From contig JAQGDQ010001672.1 in assembly GCA_030141605.1 (NCBI GenBank), forward strand, positions 1 through 30,258: DNA of 30,258 nucleotides, read 5' to 3'. The stretch is from Tubiluchus corallicola (lineage: Eukaryota > Animalia > Priapulida). The notes under the pieces were generated by a model. The model searched no databases and was not told the origin of the DNA. It saw only the letters and a list, made by a program, of their open reading frames with translations. The translations under genes were made by a program, and so were the position numbers. Numbering within the stretch: the first letter of the stretch is position 1; every line of letters starts with the position of its first letter. Positions 10,801 through 19,666 of the stretch are shown here, piece by piece.

Positions 10801-13800
10801 TTTTCTAAAAAAAAGTGGGTGGACGGCGATCCCCCACGATCCCCCTCTAATACACCACTGGTGACACACAACCAAATAAAGAGTCAGATAGCGATGAAAA
10901 TGTGTGGCTGGAAAATTGGCATTAGTGTCTGTCCTTGTGTTCATTTTGTTTCATGCGTATATAAGCCGACCCCCTGATTTCAGTATTGTATTTTATAGTT
11001 CTAAATTTGGCTTATATGCGAGTATATACGGTATGTTTTCTTATCAATTATATAACATCTACTGTCCGAACAAACATTTTTGCATTATTATATTTCGTTT
11101 TAGTAATACTTTACAGTTCAGTTGGTGCTTGAGAACGGATTATTTGCTTTTATATTATTTCTTACGGGAATAAATGATTCAGTTCTCAACCATATCGGTT
11201 TTCAAACACTTTTTAGGAACGAATTATGGTCAAAAACAGAGGTACTACTGTATATTATATGTATACTTTCACTGCATCACAGATACAAGCCTTTGTGGTG
11301 ACATTTGCTGTCATGGTTGTACGTAGTCAGTAATAAAATGGATGCTGCACTAGACCAAGTCCTGCACAGTGCGGTGCTGGGCCTAGCCTTACTGTACGTA
11401 GTCAGTAATCAATTGGATTCGGCACTAGACCAAGTCCCGCACAGTGCGGCACTTGGTCCAGCCTTACTGTACGTAGTCAGTAATCAATTGGATTCGGCAC
11501 TAGACCAAGTCCCGCACAGTGCGGCACTGGGCCTAGCCTTACTGTACGTAGTCAGTAATCAATTGGATTCGGCACTAAACCAAGTCCCGCACAGTGCAGT
11601 ACTTGGCCCAGCCTTACTGTACGTAGTCAGTAATCAAACGGATGCTGCACTAGACCAAGTCCCGCACAGTGCGGTAATTGGCCCAGCCTTACTGTACGTA
11701 CTCAGTAATCAAACGGATGCTGCACTAGACCAAGTCCTGCAAAGTTCGGTACTTGGCCCAGCCTTACTGTACGTACTCAGTAATCAAACGGATGCTGCAC
11801 TAGACCAAGTCCCACACAGTGCGGCACTTGGTCCAGCCTATGTACCGTGCAAATGTTTGTAATGCGCGTTTCCACGGCAATGCAAAACTTACGAATACTT
11901 CAAAATCCCTTCTAGTTTGTTCGTCCAGATGATGACAGTCTTGTCCGCAGAGCCGGAAGCAAATCTCTTTCCATCTTTAGCATAAGCTACACAGTACACG
12001 GTGTCCTTGTGTCCCTTCAACGGCTGAATTAACGTCCCGTCGGCGGTGTCGTAGATGAAGACTCGACTGCCGGCAGCCACGACAAGCTGTGACCCGTCCG
12101 GACGAAAACAAAGGTCATAGATGCTGCAAAAAGAGAAAGTCATAGATAAAATTTTAGAGAACAAATCAGGTAAATGGTAAGGGTGAGCATGAAACATTTG
12201 AGTTCAATTCGAACGAGTTTTTAGTTCAAGTTTTATTCATACCTAAAAAGGTCATAGATGCTGAAAAAAGAGAGTCATAGATAAAATTTTAGAGAACAAA
12301 TCAGATAAATGGTAAGGGTGAGCATCAAGCATTTGAGTTCAATTCGAACGAGTTTTTTCAGTTCAAATTTCATTCATACTTAAAATTAAAGATTCGAATA
12401 ATTAAGCTCTTCAACTACATATGTTCTTTATCATTATAACGTTTGAAACGCTATGCAGTCGGCACAATTTATCTGTAAAATCTGCATAAAAGTTTTAATT
12501 AATTAGTGATTTTATTACTGAACAAAATCAAGCAATATGCACGATCTTTGTGCGACTGCTTTTTATTAGTGATTCGAAAATTTATTGGAAATTCTTTAAA
12601 ACTGAATTCAAATTTGATTTGGGTTCGGAAATGCTGAAGTCTAGTTTGAATCGAGTTCGAAAACTTCTCACAAATTCGATTTGAATTCGTTTTCTGGTAG
12701 CGAGTAAACACCTCTAACAATAGCGCAACCTATTATCTTTCTTCCTACCACTTCCACTAACACATCCTTCTACCCTTCCTGTGTGATCTAACCTTTCTCC
12801 CAGTTCTTTTTTGTTCACTCATCCATTCTTATTTTATCTGGTTCACATGACAGTGGGCTTATACAAGCCTTTGCTTCTCTAGCCCACTGCAGTACAATTA
12901 TTCTTTTATGATAACGATAGTGTATGAAACATAACAATTTAATACAGTAGATGTAATAATTTTGATGTCACTGTGTGTTTTATATTGTACTGAATGTGAT
13001 AATAATAATAAATAAAAAAATAAAAAATTAAAGAGCATGAAAGAAATGCCTAAAACTTTATTGGGTCGGTAAACAAAGTAAAGCTCATGTTACGTTGAGT
13101 CATAGGTCATTAGTCATGTATTTTACATCATGAGATATTTCACTCCCACTTAGCAATGGTACCCGAGGATGATGGACACCAATGTATTTTCCTTTTTTAT
13201 AACAAAAAATAAAGTGTTAACCTAACAAGGATTAGAATAATTATCACAGGGGAAGCATCTAAAGATCGGAGGGGTAAAAAGCGATCAATCGCGCTTAACC
13301 CCTCTCCGCATTGTAAGATGTATCTGAGTAAGATGTAAGCAATAATTACCGGAGTAATATTTGTTTTATTTTTTATTTCATTTCATTAACTTTTTAATCT
13401 GTCAGAAAATAGCCATCAGTTGATGTTGTATTTTGCAATATTTTGACAATAGATAAAATTTTGGAAGGAGTTTACAACCCTAGCCCTAACCATATTTGTA
13501 ACAATAACCTTAACCCTAATCCCAACCTAACCCTAATCCATATCCTAATCCAGCAAACGAATTTCTTGTTTGTGGGGAATTGCAAACTTTAGCCAAAATT
13601 TTTACTACAAGAGAATATTTGTTTACATCTTACTCTATTTTTAAAATTTACTGGTCATTTAATAAAGTTAATGAACGGAACCAGTACCAAATAGCCTTTG
13701 GATTTTTTTTTCATTTGCCGCTTATTAGAATCACTTTCAAATATTACGTAAATTTGACCTAAAAATTTTGGTAACTTCAACGGTCTGGCCTAAGTGACTT

Positions 13801-14095
13801 TCATCTTTATGGTAACATGAGCTATCATCTGCTAAACCAATATTAACTAACTGAAGTCAATTAAATATCAAAATTATAATAAGAATTATGGTGACAATCT
13901 CGATAATGTCTGTATATGATTTCGAATTACATCCATTCACATTAGATTTATTATATACAATGTCATTATATACAACATTATGAAAGATACATCAGCACAT
14001 AAAGTCAACAAATTTAAAAAAGAAAAAGGTACCAACCACTGTTCAACTTTGTCTTTATCGTGAACTTTGTCGAGCCAAGTCGGAATTGCTCTCAT
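4681..14095 (-). CDS. IFT122: Intraflagellar transport protein 122 (IFT-A, WD40), 5' part; exons 1-7 collinear, gene incomplete in window
   Basis: Hand-spliced exons 14095-14037, 12123-11893, 8057-7981, 7204-7071, 6290-6220, 5856-5781, 4872-4681, all GT-AG with matching phases. Product [10 protein letters not shown]...[67 protein letters not shown]...[12 protein letters not shown]...[10 protein letters not shown]...[13 protein letters not shown]... matches the IFT122 N-terminus as I know it. Confidence 0.96.
5781..5856 (-). CDS. IFT122: IFT122 exon 6 (76 nt)
   Basis: Acceptor TTTCTAG, donor GTAAAA; [25 protein letters not shown]. Not in the ORF track. Confidence 0.92.
5897..6087 (+). mobile_element. 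Truncated fragment of the same hAT-like MITE family
   Basis: TTGTGCGGCCCGC...CTAGATCGGATGCCATTAA...CTTAATGACACTGT aligns by eye with about 16394..16565. Confidence 0.75.
6220..6290 (-). CDS. IFT122: IFT122 exon 5 (71 nt)
   Basis: Acceptor TTTCCAG, donor GTTAGT; [23 protein letters not shown]. Confidence 0.92.
6380..7002 (+). mobile_element. Unclassified ~620-bp MITE family, copy 1
   Basis: Imperfect TIRs TATGTGCGCTT / AAGCGCCATA; collinear with 27840..28452 and partly with 26222..26505. Confidence 0.75.
7071..7204 (-). CDS. IFT122: IFT122 exon 4 (134 nt)
   Basis: Acceptor TTTTTAG, donor GTACTT; [45 protein letters not shown]. Confidence 0.94.
7609..7967. repeat. 12-bp minisatellite (ACACTTCTTGCA)n, about 30 copies
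   Basis: Direct inspection; explains the low-complexity LATL, QHFL and QEVL ORFs. Confidence 0.96.
7981..8057 (-). CDS. IFT122: IFT122 exon 3 (77 nt)
   Basis: Acceptor TTTTCAG, donor GTAGGT; [25 protein letters not shown]. Not in the ORF track. Confidence 0.93.
8066..8475 (-). repeat. Dispersed repeat, probable LINE 3' UTR/tail, copy 1
   Basis: Reverse complement is closely similar to 23873..24268 and ends in AATAAATAAACTTATAA. Confidence 0.75.
8870..9140 (+). repeat. Dispersed repeat shared with COG4 intron (about 15870..16331)
   Basis: Shared blocks CCGTTTTGTATGAT, GGAGACTAAAA, GATTTCAA.TGATTTTAAATAT.CCACAATTCA, TTGAGCTCA.GAGGTA, TTTTGTGGCC...TGTAAG. Boundaries approximate. Confidence 0.65.
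9148..10058 (+). mobile_element. Tc1/mariner (Tc1-type) DNA transposon, internally deleted, non-autonomous
   Basis: Left TIR CAGTAATTTGCAAAAGTTTAAGACCAA; right TIR split by a microinversion; transposase remnant inside. Confidence 0.9.
9329..9834 (+). pseudogene. Tc1-type transposase pseudogene
   Basis: N-terminal HTH plus RSGRPRK joined directly to QDGAPCH (first catalytic Asp region missing), then a frameshift into [15 protein letters not shown]...[19 protein letters not shown]. Confidence 0.92.
10060..10131 (-). mobile_element. LINE (L2/CR1 group) ORF2 C-terminal fragment
   Basis: Translation [21 protein letters not shown] matches the DHITP..LHWL motif typical of these elements. Confidence 0.65.
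10134..11250. mobile_element. pogo/Tigger-like MITE (outer element of a nest)
   Basis: TA|CAGTCATACCTCCGTTTTCGA ... TCAAAAACAGAGGTACTACTG|TA: imperfect TIRs with TA on both sides. Confidence 0.7.
10403..11031. mobile_element. TcMar (Tc2/pogo-like) MITE with perfect 23-bp TIRs and an internal 168-bp tandem duplication
   Basis: TA|CCGTATATACTCGCATATAAGCC ... GGCTTATATGCGAGTATATACGG|TA; duplicate units start at 10503 and 10671. Confidence 0.9.
11318..11845. repeat. 75-bp minisatellite, about 7 copies
   Basis: ACGTAGTCAGTAAT recurs at 11321, 11396, 11471; 25-aa period in the overlapping ORF. Confidence 0.95.
11893..12123 (-). CDS. IFT122: IFT122 exon 2 (231 nt, WD40 repeats)
   Basis: Acceptor TTTTGCAG, donor GTAAGT; [10 protein letters not shown]...LEGILKY. 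Confidence 0.96.
12109..12380. repeat. Tandem duplication (137-bp offset) covering the IFT122 exon 2 acceptor
   Basis: GGTCATAGATGCTG...TTCATAC starts at 12113 and again at 12250 with scattered differences. Confidence 0.9.
12313..12716 (+). mobile_element. TTCGAA-rich MITE (hAT-like TAGGG-type ends), copy 1
   Basis: Collinear with 24490..24869, for example GATTCGAATAATT, CATATGTTC and GCAAAATC.AGCAATATGCACGATCTTTGT. Confidence 0.65.
12740..13030 (+). mobile_element. Possible LINE/SINE 3' tail
   Basis: CAGTGGGCT...AGCCCACTG stem around CAAGCCTTTGCTTC, followed by an AAT/A-rich tail at about 12998..13026. Confidence 0.4.
14037..14095 (-). CDS. IFT122: IFT122 coding exon 1 ([19 protein letters not shown])
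   Basis: ATG at 14095, donor GTTGGT, phase 2 (TG|C gives Cys with exon 2). Confidence 0.88.
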
Positions 14096-14454
14096 GCTTA
14101 TGCAATCTTTAAAATTAACGTTTAGTTTAACTATGTTTTCCAACTTTTCAGCTTCACATTATTTTCACGCTTGGAATTTTGCGCCAATGAGAGTAATCTT
14201 CTCAATAAGTCAAGAAGTCTTTCTCAACGGGCGCCAGCAACATTATCAATACCATTAATTAATTGTCTAACATTTAGTCATTTTAATTAACCACTAAGGT
14301 ATTATTCGCTAAAAATTAGTTAGACAAGTGAAATTCATCATGACAGTAATTAGAACAGAAAATAACTTATCATTTTTACTTGTTTCACATGCTGTCGGAA
14401 AAACAAAATTTACTTTTCGTTTATGCCGTGGGAATTCACGACGAAGTTACGAAA
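14096..14454. promoter_or_regulatory. Probable bidirectional promoter and 5' UTRs of IFT122 and COG4
   Basis: Only 359 bp separate the two divergent start codons. Transcription starts cannot be located from sequence. Confidence 0.6.
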
Positions 14455-17400
14455 ATGGCGTCCGCTGCAACGTGTAAAGCCGGTGAAAAGTGTTCTAACA
14501 CGTTCAATACAGAAAATTTAACAAATCTTGATGAAATAAAAGCCGCGTATGATAAGTTGTGTGTTGACGAAGAGGAAATTACAGCTGATCTTGACAAATT
14601 ACTGCAAGATCAGTATAATCTTAATGCAAAAGTGCAGGTCTGTAGGTCTGGCCTAGTTACATGTTGCAAATCATTTTCACGTAACACTAATTTGCCGCAA
14701 GATATTTGTGTTAAAATTTTAGATTAAATTTTTGGGTAATCCAAACATTCACCTTATATCAAATTGTCAAACAAATTTTAATGATATTTCAAGACTTGTC
14801 AAAAAAGGCCCAGTCAGTAGCTTAGTACTGACGATTAATATGATTAAGATGAAGAACCTTTGCAGGTTTGGTACTTAGAGGTGGGCATGCCTAAGGTGAG
14901 GTAGGCAAGCAAATTTTTGAATTTATGTTATCCTTTTGCAGATTTCTGATTAGACAGAAATCTAATTATTGACAAGTAAATTTTATGAAAATGAATTTAG
15001 AGAAATTATGACGTAGACAATTTTAAGCAAAAATTCTTAGCGCATTTTTTCATGTATTTTAGCAAAAAAACAATTTATATGCATTTTTGTGTGGTCGTGA
15101 CAGGGCATTAATCGTAATCGACTAATTGGATTAGTCTGGATTGCAACCTTTTATAAATCGATATAACTGACAAGTGAACAGTATTTCTCTTATTCGAGAG
15201 CAAAATCTATGTATTACTTACTGACTAAAACGCAGTGTTTTAACACAAATAAACAGAAACGGCTTTATCTTCATTTTTCTCACCTTATACAATGCACACA
15301 GAGAAACACAGTGTTGCAAACTCTGTGTCGTGACGCTAAAGTTGTCGCTGGTGTGTTTTGGGAAGAGCTAACAACTGTCATTGGCAGGTTTATCAGACTG
15401 TTTTTGAAGTTGCGATGTTCGTGTTGAACAGATGAAATCACTGGATGAAAATATTGTTTAACTTTGCGATCAGCATTTTACTCAAAATCATAATCTCATG
15501 TCCGCAAAAATGGTAAACGTAATTAAGAATAGTAAACAAAAGTCAAAATAAAGCCAAAATATCATGGCATGTGAGTCAAAACATTGTTATAACCACACAA
15601 TTGTTTAAGCCCATTGCTTACCTTCAAATCTTACTGCCAATTGTAAAAACTATTATATTCACAGAGAAGCCAAGTAACATATAGAAACATATAGCAGTAG
15701 CAAGTACATAGATATGTTGAAAACTTCCAAGCGTTCAAACAGATGTCAGCACTGACTTAGTGGCAATGAAAAACTAAATTTTAAAACTACAAATCAAAAT
15801 TAATAATAAACTGTAAATTAAACGTTCGCATCTGAGACGGCTTTAAATTCATTGGCAGTAAAAACGCAGGAAGCGGCCATGTTTTCCCACGGCTAACTCT
15901 CGGCCAGGGTTGCCGTTTTGTATGATGCTCATTGCACTGGAGACTAAAAGTAGCGAATTTTCTGCCAAATCTGCCGTTAACGGCCGCGTAGTGTTGCATT
16001 TTATACTATAATTATCAGAACATACACGTTCATGATACCAGAAAGAGACTATGCAATAATCGATAATTATACGATAATTTACCAATGCGAAACTAAAAAA
16101 CGAAGCGTGAAAAAATGTGTATTGAAAAAATTTAAAAAGTTACTGCTAACCAGTGAGAAATAAATAAAATTTGATTTCAAATGATTTTAAATATTCCACA
16201 ATTCAACTTTAAACATTCACAGCACTTTAAAAAAATGTTTTTTTGTAAAAAACTTCCCTACTGACATCTCTTGAGCTCATGAGGTACGATGAGGAGAGAC
16301 GGGAACTTTTTTTTGTGGCCGGCCTTGTAAGTAATAAAATGTGTGTTTGAGACTGTAAATCAGGGTGTGCAAATTGCGGCCCGCCGAGAGAAATTGTGCG
16401 GCCCGCGAAGAGATTTGTCAAGCTAATGAAAGTGCGGTCCGGGCGACTAATTGAGTGTATCCAGCCGAAGTCCGTGCCACGATCCCAAAGATAGTGCGGG
16501 TAGTTTTTTCTACTAGATCGGATGCCATTAACCCTTACAAGACGGTTGTAGCTTAATGTCACTGTACTACACAGACTGTGTGATACACATTACTAATACG
16601 CATTGTAATGAAATTACCACTACCTGTCCTGAAAGTAGAAATATATGGTTTGTAATATAAATTTTAATAACTAGTTTCTTGAGTGTAGTAGTAATGATGT
16701 ACGCGTTTCGGAGGCAAAAAAATCGTTATTAGGCCTTTCTGTACTTGATCAAACTGCCTGTGGCCCTCAGGAATTGAGGGAAAGTTTAATGTGGCCCGGC
16801 TAGTCAGATAATTTGCACACCCCTGTTATAATGAGCTCACGAGGTATGGTGAGGAGAGACGGGAACTTTTTTGTAAGTAAGAGAATGTGTGTTTGAGCCT
16901 GTAAATCATAATTATGTTTACAATACGCATTTATATGATTGGATATTCCATTAAATTATTTAATAAATGATACAAAATAAATAATATATTGTTTTGTAAT
17001 TTGTAGGAACTCAATAAGCTATCACCGAGGCTCGGGTTGCTGGACACGGATGCAGCTCAACTATCCGGCATGATCAGCTTCACTTCAACTCTTGCCGACA
17101 ACGTCAGCAGTAAGGTCCGACAGCTGGACATCGCCAAGAGCAGGGTCAGCGAATCGTTGCAGCGAGTCGAGGACATCCTAGACCTAAAGTTCTGCACGGA
17201 CGGCGTTCAGGCCGCTCTTCAAAACGAAGACTACGAGCAGGCCGCCGCCCACATCCACCGGTTCTTGAGTTTGGACGAGAACCTCCTGCGTCACACGGCG
17301 GACGAAGGCGGACAGTTGGACATGGCGTTTAGTCTTCTGCACGAGGCCACGAATAAGTTGATCAGCTTCGTCAGAAAAGAGTTCGACGATGCGGTCGCTA

Positions 17401-19085
17401 ATGGCGACGTTGCTTCCATCGAACGATTCTTCAAGATTTTTCCGTTGCTCAATCTCCACGAGGAAGGGTTGAGAAAGTTTTCGGCGTACCTGTGTTCCAA
17501 GATTGCCGACACGGCAAACAAGAACCTCATCTCTGCTTTGGCTACGGATGCGAACGATAAACGAGCGAGCGTCATTTTCGCCGATACGATAACGTTGTTG
17601 TTTGAAGGTGCCGCGCGAATTGTGGAAATTCATCAGCCGCTGGTGGAAACTTACTACGGTCCCGGAAAGATGCTGATATTTATGCAGTCGTTGCAGAAAG
17701 AGTGCGACCTTCAAGCGCTGAAAATCATCGCGGAGTTCCGCTCTTTTCGGCAGTTCGACCAAAAGCACAAGCAGATCGGCCAGAGTAAGAACAACGTCGT
17801 CGAAAAGCTGGACGCCAGAGACCTGGACGTTTTGCTAGCGGAAGTGACCCTGTTGAACGCCAGAGCCGAATTGTACTTTCGATTTGTGAAGCGAAGAGTT
17901 CAGAGCGACATTGATGCTGCAGCTCAAGACGAAACTGCAAACAATAAACTTGCGAAAGAGTTAGAACAGTTTATAAACGGCAGCGATCTTAGCAGGTGTA
18001 TGCAGGAGCTGCTTGGCTGTTATATTTCCATGGAGGAATACTTCATGCGTGAATCCGTACTGAAAGCGGTCAGTATGGACTATCTGGAGGACGACTGCTT
18101 GACGTCCAGCATGCTGGACGACGTGTTTTTCATAATTAAGAAGTCCATCAGTCGCGCCGTGCAAAGTTCCAACGTCGACGTCGTCTGCGCGATGCTGAAC
18201 CACGCTTGCATCATTCTCGAACAAGACTACCGAGACGTCCTGTACGAGAAACTACGCGCCGGGTTCCCGTCCGGCCTCATGGACTTTCAGCAGGCGTACA
18301 CGGTTTTTCAGTCCAGCTTACAGCAGGGCAAGTTGTCCGATACAGACAAAGCCCGGCTGAATTTTCTCACCACGCTAAACAACACCGTGGTCAGTATAGA
18401 ACATCTTAAGACTCTCAAGACTTCGCTGCAGGCCGATTTCGCTCGCCAGCTGTCTCAGATGTCCGAACAAGCGAAGGCGAAACTGGACAGCTGTCTGAGC
18501 GATCTGGGCTCGGTGTCGAGCAAGTTCAAATCGGCGCTGGACTACGGCGTAAATCAGGTGCACAAGAACGCCGTGAAGCCGCGCGTGAAACCGTGGATCG
18601 AATCGTTCGTCACCGTCAGCCACTGCATCAGCGAGGCGGAGTTTTCCAACTACGAAGCCAACGATCCGTTCGTACAAGGCCTGATCGTCAACATCGACGG
18701 TCTGCTGGAGTCTTTCAAATCTTCGCTGACGTCCGACAACTACGATCAGCTCATAACGTTGCTGACGTCCGAGGTCGCCAGCCAGCTTGAGAAGTATGCC
18801 CTGCGGTCATCGTTCAATAGGCTCGGCGGGCTGCAGTTTGACAAGGAGCTACGGTCGCTGACCGGCTACCTGACGTCGAAGACTCCTTGGACGCTGCGCG
18901 ATAAGTTTGCCCGTCTGACGCAAATTGCGACGATTCTGAATCAAGAGCGTGTCGCAGAAATACTCGACTATTGGGGACCGAATTCTGGCCCACTGACCTG
19001 GCGGCTGACCCCGACCGAAGTCAGACAAGTGCTCGCATTGCGAATCGACTTTCGCGAAGAGGACATCAAGCGGCTAAAATTGTGA
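14455..19085 (+). CDS. COG4: Conserved oligomeric Golgi complex subunit 4, complete, two coding exons (14455..14637 and 17007..19085; 753 aa)
   Basis: ATG in AAAATGG context, donor CAG|GTCTGT, acceptor TTGTAG|GAA, phase 0. COG4 motifs VSSKVRQLDIAKSRV, DILDLKFCTDGVQAALQNEDYEQAAAHIHRFL, ERFFKIFPLL, FNRLGGLQFDKELRSL, WRLTPTEVRQVLALRIDFREEDIKRLKL. Confidence 0.97.
16361..16825. mobile_element. hAT-like MITE in the COG4 intron
   Basis: CAGGGTGTGCAAATT ... AATTTGCACACCCCTG ends with subterminal GCGGCCCG motifs; no clean 8-bp TSD. Confidence 0.8.
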
Positions 19086-19110
19086 TTTCGCTGTATATAA
19101 ACTTGCTAAA

Positions 19111-19116
19111 AATAAA
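19111..19116 (+). terminator. Candidate COG4 polyadenylation signal
   Basis: AATAAA 25 nt after the stop codon, followed by T/GT-rich sequence. The AT-rich context makes chance occurrence plausible. Confidence 0.4.
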
Positions 19117-19666
19117 ACTCTGTATATATAATGCGCTTAAATAATATATAAAATTTTTATGCTTGTGGTGATACATTTTGAAACAAATTAGTGAAAATTT
19201 TGTGCAAAAAATATGTTGTATAATTGTAAAATCTGTGAACTAAAATGAGTTTTACTAATGAATGAGAAATATACTGACTTTCGTAAGAAAACTAGCAACA
19301 CATTTATTTTCTGCAATTCACTTAAAGTAATACAGGATGATTTTTCGTATACTTCCTACTTTAAAGTACGGTAAAAAGTATACATTTTAACACAAGTAAT
19401 ACTGGAAAATCTATTCTGATAATTAAATAATAGATTAACATCTTACTTAAGAGCGGGTGAGCCCATCTAGTGATGACATCATGAACTAACATAATTTTCA
19501 ACATCAAAATGTTCCACGAGCGTGTTGCACGTGTTTGCAAAAGCGAAAATTGAAGTACAGTGCTACTGTGAGATATTCAGTGTGTTTTACTAGAACTATG
19601 CAAGTTTTAAGATAAGAATTCAATTTTCAAATTTACCGCTGTACATGTGCATGAGTAATCAAATGC

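Noticed and set aside
10465-10977. 170-aa ORF with a 56-aa repeat
   Set aside because: Lies inside a MITE and reflects its 168-bp duplication; no transposase motifs.
11305-11862. 185-aa ORF with 25-aa repeats
   Set aside because: Coincides with the 75-bp intronic array, is antisense to IFT122, and starts at TTG.
17184-18790. Antisense and alternative-frame ORFs within COG4
   Set aside because: Expected shadows of a GC-rich coding exon; no recognisable motifs.
17007-19085. COG4 exon 2 as horizontally acquired or contaminant DNA
   Set aside because: It splices in phase to an AT-rich exon 1 and the protein looks like an animal COG4.
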